Shown here: positions 13,653 to 23,798 of the stretch, one piece after another
Position numbering within the stretch: the first letter of the stretch is position 1
How the letters are laid out: every line of letters starts with the position of its first letter
Assembly (NCBI GenBank): GCA_963828155.1
Contig: CAWHDQ010000006.1
Location: 282,119 to 346,118, forward strand
Reading direction: 5' to 3'
Length of the DNA: 64,000 bases
Source of the DNA: an uncultured Planctomycetaceae bacterium
GTDB lineage: Bacteria; Planctomycetota; Planctomycetia; Pirellulales; PALSA-1355
The notes under the pieces: generated by a model
Seen by the model: only the letters and a program-made list of their open reading frames with translations
Databases searched by the model: none
Told to the model about the DNA's origin: nothing
Program-made: the position numbers and the translations under genes

Positions 13653-14285
13653 ATGGTCGACGCAGTGCCGCCAAACCAGAGCAATCCCTACGCCGCGCCC
13701 CTGGCGATCGACGGACAGACTGCCGGGGACGACGACCCCGACTCGCACGCGGCACTGTTACGGGCCGCCGTGGGCCGCAATGCGGATTATTACCTCAAAC
13801 ACTGGCGCAACGGACGCGCGACAATCCATGAAGTCACAGGCTTCAATTGGGCGGCCTTTCTGCTGAGCGGTCTGTGGCTTCCCTACCGCAAGCTGTATCT
13901 GGCCACGCTCGTCCTGTATGGGGCGTTTCTCGCGATCATCGTGGCAGAGGGTGTGTTCGAGGCCCTGACGGAGACGGAGGTGCCCGCCCTGGTCGATCGG
14001 GGGATGTCGCTGGGCACCTGGATCCTCTGCGGCATCCTGGCCAATCGACTGTACTTGTGGCACGTCAACAAGCTGATTGCGAAATCCCGCCAACTCGGGC
14101 TCGCCGGCGAACCGTTGCGTGCCGAAGTCGCCCGCCGCGGCGGCACGAACATCTTGGCGTCGATCCTGGCGCTCGGCCTGTTTTTCGCCGTCCTCTTCGC
14201 CTTGGGGGGCCTGCTGGAGAACGTACCGCCCGAGGACGCAGAGTTGGAGCCGCTGCTGGTGCCAATGGAGGAAGCCGAGCCCTAA
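13653..14285 (+). CDS. DUF2628-like membrane protein
   Basis: NADYYLKHWRNG...GFNWAAFLLSGLWLPYRKLYLATLVLYGAFL matches my memory of the DUF2628 core. Several hydrophobic helices. Confidence 0.6.
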   Translation: MVDAVPPNQSNPYAAPLAIDGQTAGDDDPDSHAALLRAAVGRNADYYLKHWRNGRATIHEVTGFNWAAFLLSGLWLPYRKLYLATLVLYGAFLAIIVAEGVFEALTETEVPALVDRGMSLGTWILCGILANRLYLWHVNKLIAKSRQLGLAGEPLRAEVARRGGTNILASILALGLFFAVLFALGGLLENVPPEDAELEPLLVPMEEAEP

Positions 14286-14407
14286 TCCGTCATACTTTCA
14301 GCGGGCTTTGTTGAGAACCCGCTCGCCGTCCATTATTCTGAGGCCCTGCCAAAGCGGGGCCGCGCTCGGCGGCTGAATCGCGTGAACATCTTTTGAAAGG
14401 ACCAACC

Positions 14408-15100
14408 ATGAGGCGGATCGGATTGGGCGTGATTCTGATGGCGACTTGCTCGTTGACCGCGTTTTCGCTGGCGTCGGCCGCCGACAACACGCCGCCCGAG
14501 GGCTTCGTGGCCCTGTTCAATGGCAAAGACCTGACCGGCTGGAAAGGCCTGGTCGCCGATCCGCCGAAGCGGGCTCAAATGTCGCCCGAGCAGCTGGCCG
14601 AGGCCCAGACCAAGGCCGACGCGGACATGAACGCCCACTGGAAGGCCGACGGGGGCGTGCTGGTCTTCGATGGTAAGGGACAAAATATTTGTACGGCCAA
14701 GGATTACGGCGACTTCGAATTGCTGCTCGATTGGAAAATCGAAAAGGACGGCGACTCGGGAATTTACCTCCGCGGAACGCCCCAAGTGCAGATTTGGGAT
14801 CCAGATTGCAAGCCGGCCGGAGGGATCGGATCGGGCGGCCTGTACAACAACCAGAAGAACCCGTCCAAGCCGACCGCCAAGGCCGACAAACCGGTCGGTG
14901 AGTGGAACACGTTCAAGATCAAGATGGTCGGCGACAAGGTGACCGTGTACCTGAACGATCAGCTCGTGGTCGACAACGTCCCGCTCGAAAACTACTGGGA
15001 GCGCGACAAGCCGCTCTACCCGACCGGCCAGATCGAACTCCAGAATCACGGCAACACGCTCTATTTCAAGAACATCTACCTGAAGGAGTTGCCGCGTTAG
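14408..15100 (+). CDS. DUF1080 (3-keto-disaccharide hydrolase-like) secreted protein
   Basis: Signal peptide MRRIGLGVILMATCSLTAFSLASA, then FNGKDLTGWKG...WKADGGVLV...DFELLLDWKI..GDSGIYLRG...GEWNTFKIKMVGDKVTVYLND...GQIELQNHGNTLYFKNIYLKEL. Confidence 0.85.
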   Translation: MRRIGLGVILMATCSLTAFSLASAADNTPPEGFVALFNGKDLTGWKGLVADPPKRAQMSPEQLAEAQTKADADMNAHWKADGGVLVFDGKGQNICTAKDYGDFELLLDWKIEKDGDSGIYLRGTPQVQIWDPDCKPAGGIGSGGLYNNQKNPSKPTAKADKPVGEWNTFKIKMVGDKVTVYLNDQLVVDNVPLENYWERDKPLYPTGQIELQNHGNTLYFKNIYLKELPR

Positions 15101-15215
15101 CCGCCTGTTGATGAATTCAACAGGCGGCGCGATCGCAGGGATGCGATCCCAAAACGACAACGCAAGTCGTCGTTTTGCGAGCCGGGCGGAGCTTTGCTCT
15201 GCCCTTGGCGAGATT

Positions 15216-15240
15216 GAAAAATGCCAGGAGGGCATTTTTC
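15216..15240 (+). terminator. terminator-like hairpin after the DUF1080 gene
   Basis: Perfect 10-bp stem gaaaaatgcc / ggcatttttc with loop aggag. The T-run lies inside the 3' arm and an A-run inside the 5' arm, so it could act in both directions. Confidence 0.45.
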
Positions 15241-15332
15241 AACAGGCTGCAGCCACCACGCGCGGCCGATTGCCGACCTATAGTTGCACTGCCGGGTGAA
15301 TCCCCACCGACGCGCGGCAGGCGCCATAATCC

Positions 15333-16416
15333 ATGCAATCGGCCCAATTCCAACTCCACGCCGAGATCGAGCTGCGGCACTGGTGGTTCGTTGCCCGGCG
15401 GGAGATACTTCGTCGGGTGATTGGGGCCGTGGCGCCGCCAGGCTGCGGCCAGCTGGTGGTCGACGTCGGCTGCGGCACCGGAGCCAACCTCGGGGCCCTG
15501 GCCGGCGATTACGAGACGTTGGGCATCGATACCTCGGCCGAGGCGATCGACTTGGCCCGGCGGCGGTTTCCCCAGGTCGAGTTCCGCCAGGGCTTCGCTC
15601 CGGACGACGTCCGGGATGGCCTGGCGCGAGCGAGCGTCGTCGTGCTCTCGGACGTCCTGGAACACGTGCCCGACGATTTTGCGCTGCTTCTCGTCGATCC
15701 TGGCGGCCCTGCGGCCGGGTGCCTGTCTGCTGCTGACCGTGCCGGCCCATTTGGCCCTCTGGAGCCAGCACGACGAGAGTTTCGGCCACTATCGCCGCTA
15801 CGACCAGCGGCGGTTCGAGCAGTTGTGGCAGGGGCTGCCCGCCCGGGCAGAAATGGTGTCCTACTATAACAGCCACTTATACGGCATCGTGAAGCTGGTC
15901 CGCGGTTGGAATCGCTGGACGGGCAAAGCCAGCGGCCACGCCGGCACCGATTTTCGCGTGCCGCCGCCGCCGCTGAACCAGCTGCTCCGCTGGACGATGA
16001 CCCGCGAGAGCCGACGCTTGCTGCGGCTCGTTCGCGGCGAGCGGGCCACGCCGTTTCGCAGCGGGGTCAGCCTGATGGCCCTGGTGCGGCGCGAGCCGGG
16101 GGCATGCGTCGTGCGGGGCAAACCGGCCGGCACAGCCGCGGATTACTTCGATCCGCAAGGGCAACGGGCGTCGGCGCTGAGTCGCCCCTCGAAACTCGCA
16201 AGTCTCGATTGCCCGAGCCCCGCTTTTCGCCTTGGGGCGCCGCCAGTCGCCACCCGCTGGGCACTCGCTAGCAATCACGCTACAATGAGCGTCGTCGCGG
16301 CAGCGAGGCGGCTTAAGTCTGACCGCGCCAGAAAACGCCTGTTGGCGACCGCAAATTTGGGTACCCGACGATTCCCGGATCCAGCCAGCGGTTTGCCCGT
16401 CGGCGCAAAAAAATAG
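15333..16416 (+). CDS. class I SAM-dependent methyltransferase, interrupted by one frame break; 3' end uncertain
   Basis: Motif I VVDVGCGTGANLGAL and LSDVLEHVPDD in ORF 15333..15869. Continuation ILAALRPGACLLLTVPAHLALWSQHDESFGHYRRY in ORF 15421..16416. Break near 15685-15700. The last ~100 codons are low-complexity and may be out of frame. Confidence 0.75.
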
Positions 16417-16448
16417 AGGGTCCTTGCTCGCCGGGGCAAGAACCCTCT
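16415..16448 (-). terminator. hairpin with its T-run on the minus strand (orphan or bidirectional terminator)
   Basis: agagggtccttgc...gcaagaaccctct imperfect 13-bp stem. Preceded on the plus strand by A7 (16407-16413), which reads as hairpin + T7 on the minus strand. Confidence 0.4.
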
Positions 16449-16634
16449 TACTTGGCTGTCTGAACTTCACAATTTTGGGTTTGTGTTGTCCAGAGACCCA
16501 CAGCCGTACAGACCCTATCGGGCCAGCCCGCCGGGGAACTTTAGCTTGCTAGCCGCAAACTGCCTGCCTGGCCGCCGGCCGGACCGTTCGACCCGCACCT
16601 TCCCCACCGTTTGACCCCGCACTGGGCTTGCGCC

Positions 16635-17774
16635 ATGACCAAACCCGCCAAACTGGCTCTGGAAGACGGTACCGTTTTCACGGGAATTTCCTGCGGTGCC
16701 GAAGGAGAGGTCGACGGCGAGGTGTGCTTCAACACCTCGATGACCGGTTACCAGGAAATCCTCACCGATCCGAGCTATCGCGGCCAGATCGTGGCGATGA
16801 CCTATCCGGAAATCGGCAACTACGGGGTGAACGAGGAAGACCTCGAAAGCGAGCGTCCCCAGGTCGCCGGCTTCATCGTCCGCAATCCCAGCAGCATCGC
16901 CAGCAATTTCCGCTCGCAACAGCGGCTGACCGAGTATCTCGAGCGGAGCGGGATCGTGGCGATCGCGGGCATCGACACCCGGGCCCTGGTTCGCCGGCTG
17001 CGGCAATTCGGGGCGCTCAAGGGCGTGCTGTCGACCGTTGACTCGGACGACGCCAGCTTGGCGAATAAGGCCAGGCAAAGCCCCGGCCTGGTCGGCCGCG
17101 ACCTGGTCCGCGAGGTGGTCCCGCCATCGGCCCGCGAGTGGCACGAGCGGCTCAGCCCCTGGGCCCGCGACGCGGCGGGGGTCCGCGAGCCCGCGGCACA
17201 GGTGGCTGCCGAGCGTCCGCACGTGGTGGCGCTGGACTTCGGCATGAAGTGGAACATTCCCCGGCATCTGCACGAACGGGGTTGCCGCGTCACGGTGCTG
17301 CCGGGAACCGCCTCGGCCGCCGAAGTGCTCGAGCACAAGCCCGACGGCATTTTCCTCTCCAATGGGCCCGGCGATCCCGAACCACTGCAATATGCCGTGG
17401 AAACGATCCGCGGCGTGCTGGGCAAGGCGCCGGTGTTCGGAATTTGCCTGGGGCACCAGCTCTTGTCGCTGGCCTGCGGGGCGCGGACGTTCAAGCTCAA
17501 GTTCGGCCATCGCGGCTCGAACCAGCCAGTGCAGAATCGAGAAACGGGCAAAGTCGAGATCACCTGCCAGAACCACGGCTTCGCAGTGGCTAGCGAGGAT
17601 TTGCCTGCCGCCCTCGAAGTGACGCACATCAACCTGAACGATCGCACGATTGAAGGCGTGCGGCACCTCGAGCTGCCGGCCTTCAGCGTGCAGTATCATC
17701 CCGAGGCATCAGCCGGCCCGCACGACAGCAACTACCTGTTCCGGCAGTTCTACGAGTCGATGGTCAAGGCGTAG
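16635..17774 (+). CDS. carA: carbamoyl-phosphate synthase small (glutaminase) subunit
   Basis: [17 protein letters not shown]...[36 protein letters not shown], catalytic [23 protein letters not shown] 16635 is preferred over 16611. Confidence 0.93.
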   Translation: MTKPAKLALEDGTVFTGISCGAEGEVDGEVCFNTSMTGYQEILTDPSYRGQIVAMTYPEIGNYGVNEEDLESERPQVAGFIVRNPSSIASNFRSQQRLTEYLERSGIVAIAGIDTRALVRRLRQFGALKGVLSTVDSDDASLANKARQSPGLVGRDLVREVVPPSAREWHERLSPWARDAAGVREPAAQVAAERPHVVALDFGMKWNIPRHLHERGCRVTVLPGTASAAEVLEHKPDGIFLSNGPGDPEPLQYAVETIRGVLGKAPVFGICLGHQLLSLACGARTFKLKFGHRGSNQPVQNRETGKVEITCQNHGFAVASEDLPAALEVTHINLNDRTIEGVRHLELPAFSVQYHPEASAGPHDSNYLFRQFYESMVKA

Positions 17775-19121
17775 GCCGGGCGGGTTGCTGATGCCGGTCC
17801 GCCGGCCGCCGGGAAGGATTGCCGCCACCGGCCGGGTTTTCCCCCTCAGGAAACAGCAGGCACAGCACGTCGAGGGCCGCGGCCGACCGCTCCGCACTGC
17901 CCTCGGCCGCCGGCTCGGCCCGATTCCAGACATCCAGCGCCCGCCGCAAATACTGCTCGCGGGCTTCGGCGAGCACCGCCGGTGCCAACTGCTCGGCCGC
18001 CCGCGGCCAACATTCGCCCAGCCGGGCCAAGGCCGCCGCGTCGCCGGCAATTGCCTCGAATACCAGATCGTCGAGTTCTTCAACCAGCTCCAGCGCCTCG
18101 TGATTCCGGCAACGTGAGCTGGTGACTCGCGTGGTCGCTGCCGGTGTTTGCGAGGCCACTGCCGCGGCAGGCCGTTTGGATTGAGATTCGGACGCAGCCG
18201 GATGCGCGGCGGAGACACGGCCCTCCCAGCCCAGGGTGGCCACTTCGCCCAGGCTGGGCTGCCCGGTGGCGGCGGCAACCGGGACGGGTGTGCCGCGGCG
18301 TACAATTTCGGCCGCCAACTGGCTGAAGCGGAAGTCCTTCAAGGCCGAGCGGACCGTTTCGGCCCAGGAATCTTGGGGCACCTGGGCCGCGCAAATCGTC
18401 GAGCACGACGACCTCGGCCCCGAGCGATCGCGCCTGGCGGCGCAGCTCGGCGCTGTCGGCAGGCACGGTCGAGACGCGAAACGGCCGTCGCGGCGACAGC
18501 TTCAGTCCGGTCGAAAACGAAACTCCCTCGCGCCGTTCCAGCGGCAAGCAACTGATCAGTCCGGCCAAGACCTGCTCACCGGCCGGCGTCACGACAACCA
18601 GCCGCCGACTGGAGAGAACCAGGTCGACCAAAGCCGCCATCGCCTGCGGCCCCGGATCGAGGGACGACTGGGCCAACAGCATGTGATCGACCGCCGGCGC
18701 ACTGCCGACCAGCCGCAGGGCCGCCAGGCGGCCGCCGTTGGCGGCCAAGGCGTCGGGGTCGCCCGCGGGCAACTGACCACAGGCTGCGGCCGCGCCAAAC
18801 CGCGAACGAATTACCGGCGAGCCGGCTCAACACGGCGGGCGGCACGACCAGGCACCAGGTCTGTACCTGGGCCCCGCCGCGGCCGCTGTATTCGGCGCCG
18901 GCGTTGCGGGTTTGGGCGATGCAATAAGCCCCGCTTTGCAGCGGAAAGAAGTTGTAGCTGACGGCTTGCGGATCGCCCGCGGCGAGCGAGTCGTGCGTCG
19001 GTCCCCAGTGGCTCAAATCGCACGCATCCGACTCGCTGAGCCCGGCCGAGCGCTCGATCAGATGATACCCCTCGGCGTGCCCGCGGCGGGCGGACGCGAA
19101 TATCGCCTGTTCCACAAGCAT
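17764..19121 (-). CDS. large uncharacterised protein (~450 aa) downstream of the zinc-ribbon GTPase; two frame breaks
   Basis: Three ORFs join colinearly. 18576..19121 ([46 protein letters not shown]...[11 protein letters not shown]); 18080..18772 ([23 protein letters not shown]...AEVVVLDD); 17764..18381 ([21 protein letters not shown]...). Breaks near 18797-18803 and 18391-18397, both next to AAA/TTT runs. I recognise no domain. Confidence 0.6.
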
Positions 19122-19275
19122 GGTGACCTGTCTTGTTCAGAAGTTGCGTTGCAGAGCTGGCCGACGGAACGGAATTCGAAGTCGGATCGTGCAAACGGCA
19201 CGCGTGAGATCGGGTCCACGCGACTCGGCTTCCGCGAGGAAGAACACCTCCCTCCTGCGGCGCCCAGTCGCCCGC

Positions 19276-20186
19276 TCAGGCTTTGAGCCGGCCGAGCAGC
19301 CACTCGAACGGCTCGATGATGCCCCGCGGCTCGATCCGCAGGGGCACACGTTTGGTCTCGCCGCGGACCACGCGCTGGGCGCAGGCACCGGCCAGTCCGG
19401 CGGCGAAGAAGCGATAATCGCGGAACAATCGGTGGCAATGCTCCCAGAGCCGCGGTGCCCGGCGCTGGGCAAACAACTCCGGATCGTCGAAGCATTCGTC
19501 GGCTTCGTCGGCCTTGCTGAAAATGATCGCCAGCGGGCGGTTGCGCCAGCCGGTCTTCGGGTTGCGGTCCAATTCGCTCAAGTAGCTGAGCAGTTTGAGC
19601 GTGAAATAGTCCTGATCGGGCGAGCCTTCCTGCAATCGCACGGCGTCGACCAGCACCAGCACGCCAGCCGCGCGCGAGAGTAGCGGACGAACGACGCGAT
19701 ACGTGCCCGGGTGGTCGAACTCCTCGCACAGCGCTTCGCCGGCCAAGTCGGGCATCATCAGCTCGCTGGGCCGCTTCTGCTTGGGCCGCTGCACCTGGCA
19801 ATGAATCCAATTCCAGCGGTCGGGCTCGCCCGGCGTCTTGGTCGGAAACTCGCAACGGGCCATGGCGGCGATCGCGGTTTGCTGGAGCGTGATCGAGAAC
19901 GCGCCGCGGGCCATGATCTGCAGCCGCTCGGGCTGCCGGGCCAGCATGTCGAGCAGCATCCCCAGGTAAACCGTCTTGCCCACGCCGCTGGCCCCCAGCG
20001 CGGCCAGCAGGCGCGGCGCCGTAGCTTGGCTGGCGGCCTGGTGGGCCAAGCGCCATCGGCGCGAAGCAATGCCGGCACAGCTCGGCGTCGCGCAGGTTGC
20101 CTTCGCCACAGATGTGGCATGCGACTTGCGACCGCGTACTGGGCCAGACGATACGAATCGAGTTCGATGGCGACGGCCCGGTTCAT
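19276..20186 (-). CDS. P-loop GTPase with N-terminal zinc ribbon; two frame breaks
   Basis: ATG 20186 overlaps the upstream stop (ATGA). MNRAVAIELDSYRLAQYAV, then in a second frame CHICGEGNLRDAELCRHCFAPMAL (CxxC-x9-CxxC), then in a third frame G1 GASGVGKT, G3 DLAGE, G4-like SKAD. Breaks near 20118-20132 and 20040-20056. The first 200+ aa of the 525-aa track ORF are an out-of-frame artefact. Confidence 0.7.
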
Positions 20187-21475
20187 TGCACGACCTCCTC
20201 GACCAAAGCGGCCAGTGCCACGTCCGCCGAACACAAAGCCGCAGCCAGCTCGGACTCGAATTCGACGGCGGCTGCGACGGTGTCCGGCGGCGGGGCCGGC
20301 TCCGCGTCGCGATCGGCCGACTCGGGGGCGCCGCCGGCTCGAGGTCGCAGGTGCCCAGCGCAGCGAAAGCCGATATTGTGCTTGCGGGCCAGCGGATGGT
20401 CGCCACTTTGAAACTGGCAGGTTGCCTGGACGTCGAAATACGTGTCGAAGGCCCCACCGCGGAGCGATTTGCGGGCGGTCGAGCGGAGCGAGCCCTCGGG
20501 CGACAGGCTGGCTTCGCACTGGGCGTCGAAATCGCCGCTGGTCCATTCCCAAGTATTGCCGACCATTTGCCGGATGCCGCCGGCGCTATCCCCCTGCGGC
20601 AAAGCGTCGACGGGCAGCGTGCCGCCCGGGCCGGCGCCCCACAGATTGGCTCGGGTCCGCTCGGGCTTGTCGCCCCAGGGAAAGCGGCGTTGCCGCAGCT
20701 CGCCGCCGGGTAGCAGAATCGGTGCGGACGCCGCCCGGACCCATTCACAGTCGGTCGGGAGCCGCTTGCCGAGCCAGCGGGCAAAAGCGGCGGCTTCATA
20801 CCAACTGACGCCCACGACCGGGTGATTCTCCAGGTGCGATTCGTAGCGGCCATGCGACCAGAACCGCGGCCCCGGGGCGCCGGTACGATCGACGAACTCG
20901 GCTACAACCGGCCAGACCTCTGCATCCCAGATCGATGCCTCTTCATAGCCACCGGCGTCGACGAACTGGCGAAATTCGCGATTGGTGACCGGATGGCGAT
21001 CGAGAAAGAACGAGTCGACCAGCACGGCTTCCGCCGACGACGGCGGCGGCGTCAGACCGTCGCTGTCGAGATCGGCCAATGCATCGGCCACGCCCAGCAC
21101 AACCACCGGCCCCGACTTGATCAGCGCCAGCCGGGCCGTCAGGTCGGCCACTGCCCGCGCGCGCTGGTCGGCATTCAGATTGCCGATCAATTGCGGACGC
21201 AGAAGCAACGAGGAACGTCCCTGCGAGAGCATCACCTCGACCAGCACTCCCGGTTTGTCGGGCAAGGCGGGGCGCGATTTGCGCGCGGGCGTGCAGGCCG
21301 CCGCGCTCGCGGCCACCGGCGGACGCCGGCCGCGAGCCAGGTTCAGCCCCTGGTGCAACCGGCGGCTGGCAGCGCGCAATGCGGCGCGGAGCCGGCCGGC
21401 ATAGCTCAGTCCGGTGCGTGCGGTCATCGACAAATCCCCCTGCGGTCGTCCACTTGCGATTCGAGTGGTCGGCAA
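20183..21475 (-). CDS. FGE-sulfatase (SUMF1/EgtB/PvdO-type) domain protein with an uncharacterised N-terminal domain
   Basis: Intact 430-aa ORF. FLDRHPVTNREFRQFVDAGGY...HPVVGVSWYEAAAFARWLGKRLPTDCEWVRA...GNTWEWTSG...LRGGAF...NIGFRCA. TTG start at 21475; alternative ATG at 21427. Confidence 0.85.
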   Translation of the reverse strand: MPTTRIASGRPQGDLSMTARTGLSYAGRLRAALRAASRRLHQGLNLARGRRPPVAASAAACTPARKSRPALPDKPGVLVEVMLSQGRSSLLLRPQLIGNLNADQRARAVADLTARLALIKSGPVVVLGVADALADLDSDGLTPPPSSAEAVLVDSFFLDRHPVTNREFRQFVDAGGYEEASIWDAEVWPVVAEFVDRTGAPGPRFWSHGRYESHLENHPVVGVSWYEAAAFARWLGKRLPTDCEWVRAASAPILLPGGELRQRRFPWGDKPERTRANLWGAGPGGTLPVDALPQGDSAGGIRQMVGNTWEWTSGDFDAQCEASLSPEGSLRSTARKSLRGGAFDTYFDVQATCQFQSGDHPLARKHNIGFRCAGHLRPRAGGAPESADRDAEPAPPPDTVAAAVEFESELAAALCSADVALAALVEEVVQ

Positions 21476-21491
21476 TTCGGCTGGCCGGTGG

Positions 21492-22212
21492 TTAGTGCCC
21501 GTCGGCCGCGGAGCGGTGCCCCGCGTCCGGCCCGTCGTGGTGCAGCCCTTCGAACTGGGCCAGCACGGAGCCGAGTACCGGATCGGACTGAGTCGCGGGC
21601 CGCAGCGGACGCTTGGCGGCGAGCCCGCCGGGCGACTGCGAGTGGCTGGCGGCCAGCACGGCGGCCTGCTTTTCGAACAGCAGCCGCCACTGCTTCAGTT
21701 CGTTATTCCAGGTGGAGCGTTCCTGCGCCGACTGCCGCTTCTGGGCGGCCAGTTCCTCACCCAACTCGGCGGCCCGCCGGCGGAGGATGTCGAGTTCTGA
21801 TTCCAGGCTGCGGCGCTCCAGTTCGGCCTCGTGCAGCGCGTCGCGCTGGGCCTGCTCGTTGCTGGCCGCGGCCATGAGCTGATCGCGCAGCCGGCCGGCC
21901 TTGGCCCGGGCGTCGGCCAGCTCAACGCGTACGCTCGCCAATTCGACGGCCGTGCCCGACAGTTGGGTGATCTCCTGCCGGGCCGCGTCGAGTTCGCTCT
22001 CCAGGCTCAGCCGGTCGGCCGAGAGTTCCTCGATTTGGCGACGGAGCAGGTCTTCGCTGACCGCGTCGCTTCGCTCGCCATGCTCCAAGTCCTGGAACAA
22101 CTGTTCCAGGAACTGCCGCAGCGCGTCTTGCGAAGCGCAGCAGCTGCCCCAGCGATCCCTGCAGGGGGGACCAGGAACTGGGAGCGGCGGTAGCGTCGGG
22201 CGCAATAGGCAC
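21492..22212 (-). CDS. coiled-coil protein, first gene of the GTPase cassette; one frame break near the N-terminus
   Basis: Heptad-rich, E/R/L/A-rich sequence (LLRRQIEELSADRLSLESELDAARQEITQL...ELERRSLESELDILRRRAAELGEELAAQK). The N-terminal peptide VPIAPDATAAPSSWSPLQGSLGQLLRFA (GTG 22212) joins DALRQFLEQLFQDLEH if one A is removed near 22125-22135. Confidence 0.6.
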
Positions 22213-22767
22213 GGCGAGCTGGCAATACTGCGACGCGCGCTCGTCCGAGGACGGTCAGGCGCGTCTGGTGTCGAGTCAAATGCGTGCAGAACTCAAGTGC
22301 CGCCAGGGCTTTGCTGCCGGCACGGCGCTAGCCATCCCCGCGCCAGACCCGCAGCCACGCTGCTCGTTCGCCAAGACAAGTCGCCTGGGACCTGCCGCGC
22401 GTGAACTGGGATCTGACGGGGAATTCGTACTCAGATGAGGTTGCAATCGCCCGCAGACGGGAATTTCGGGCCTTGCATCGCAACTCTAGGTCGCTGCCGC
22501 GCGGGCGGCAAATCGGCGGTGAAAAATGCCGCCCCACGGCGTTGCGGGCCGGTTGTCCGGCCGGCAGGCGGCGGACGCTTGCGATGAATGTTCCGATTGC
22601 GACGCGGATTTTTTCACCGGCAGCGGTTCGCGTTGCCTAAAAACACCTCGCCGGCTGTTCATCACCCTAAACTTGCGCGTGGCCTGCTGACGCAGATATG
22701 CCAGTTGTGCCTAGGGAGCCGAGACACGTTCCCCTCGGCCCCGCGCTTCACAAAGGAGGAATCGATC

Positions 22768-23382
22768 ATGAAAACGTTCTTCAGTCTGGCCGCTTTGGCC
22801 CTGGTCGCTGGCTCAGCGGTCGCGGCCCAACCGGCAATTGGCGAGAACCCGTTGCCGAACGGGATGCCCGGAAGGTACGAGCCGCTGGACCCCGTGCCGC
22901 AGAATGCATTCCAGCCAAATGCCTACCTGCCAAGTGCGTACGGGCCAAATGCGTATGGTCCCAATGCTTTCCAGCCGGCGGCGCTGCAGCCACCCGCTTA
23001 TCCGCCCGCATATCCGTCACCGGCATTCGGGACTCCTGGCTTCCCGCCGGGATATGCGCCGGCCGGATTCGCGGCGCCCGCTCTCTTGCCGCCCGTCGCA
23101 CCCGCGATCAAGTACGTGCATCATGGTCGCGTGCCGGAATGTGCCCGCTGCTTGACGCCGATCGAGACGGTCCTGGAGGTGAAAGTGCCTTGCGGCTGCA
23201 CGACGACGACCGTGCCGGTTCCGGTTTGCCTGCCCGCTTGCTGCACCGACGCCCCGCAAGTGACCTGGCGTGACGGGCTGTCGGGCCGGGAAGTGGTCCG
23301 CTACGATTATTGCTGCGGCGTGAGCGTGAAGATCGTGGTCCGTCCGTCGGGCGGCATCGTCGTACACTACATCCACGCCTGA
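22768..23382 (+). CDS. secreted Pro-rich / Cys-rich protein
   Basis: Strong SD aaggagga 8 nt upstream of ATG 22768. Signal peptide MKTFFSLAALALVAGSAVAA. Degenerate NAY/NAF-x-P repeats, then a Cys-rich C-terminus (CARC, CGC, CLPACC, YCCG). Confidence 0.8.
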   Translation: MKTFFSLAALALVAGSAVAAQPAIGENPLPNGMPGRYEPLDPVPQNAFQPNAYLPSAYGPNAYGPNAFQPAALQPPAYPPAYPSPAFGTPGFPPGYAPAGFAAPALLPPVAPAIKYVHHGRVPECARCLTPIETVLEVKVPCGCTTTTVPVPVCLPACCTDAPQVTWRDGLSGREVVRYDYCCGVSVKIVVRPSGGIVVHYIHA

Positions 23383-23450
23383 TGGGCTAGCCCCGCTCGC
23401 CGAGCGGCGTGCCGCAGCCCGCTTGAGACGACTGGCGGCAGGCCGATCGC

Positions 23451-23798
23451 GTGAAGCAGTCGAAGAAGTTGAAGGCCCAGCCCGAGCTGCGGGCGGAAAG
23501 CCGCGCCGCCGAAGCCGCCACCGCGGCCTGGATGCTGTCGGTGCTGGTCGTGCTGGGCTGCGAATTGGGGTTCGCCGGGCTGCGCGGTTGGCTGGCCCTG
23601 CAGCCCGATCAGGCCCTGGCCGCCGCCGGGGCGGAGCTGCTTTTATTCAGCGCCCTGGTGATCGGCCTGGTGGCCTTGCTGCTGACGCCGGTCGTGCTTC
23701 GCTCACGCCGCGTGCTGCCGCCGCGGGGACTCACGATCTTCGCCGTGGTCGTCGCCGCCGCTCCTCTGCTGGCCCTGCTCGTGCGGCTCGTTCGCTGA
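23451..23798 (+). CDS. small membrane protein, three predicted TM helices
   Basis: GTG start. Basic N-terminus MKQSKKLKAQ followed by three hydrophobic stretches. The 3' end overlaps the tail of the convergent radical SAM ORF by ~96 nt, so one of the two termini may be wrong. Confidence 0.45.
   Translation: MKQSKKLKAQPELRAESRAAEAATAAWMLSVLVVLGCELGFAGLRGWLALQPDQALAAAGAELLLFSALVIGLVALLLTPVVLRSRRVLPPRGLTIFAVVVAAAPLLALLVRLVR

Noticed and set aside
17764-17774. 11-bp overlap of the convergent 3' ends of carA and the orphan protein gene, considered as a regulatory feature.
   Set aside because: Short convergent overlaps are common in compact genomes, and the orphan gene's C-terminal frame is itself uncertain.
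20187-20853. The upstream ~220 codons of the 525-aa ORF 19276..20853, and the 640-aa ORF 45131..47053 taken as a single protein.
   Set aside because: The extensions overlap well-supported genes (the FGE-domain gene; the hppA 3' end and the region downstream of murD) in other frames and have off-frame composition. The true genes are 19276..20186 and 45561..46861.
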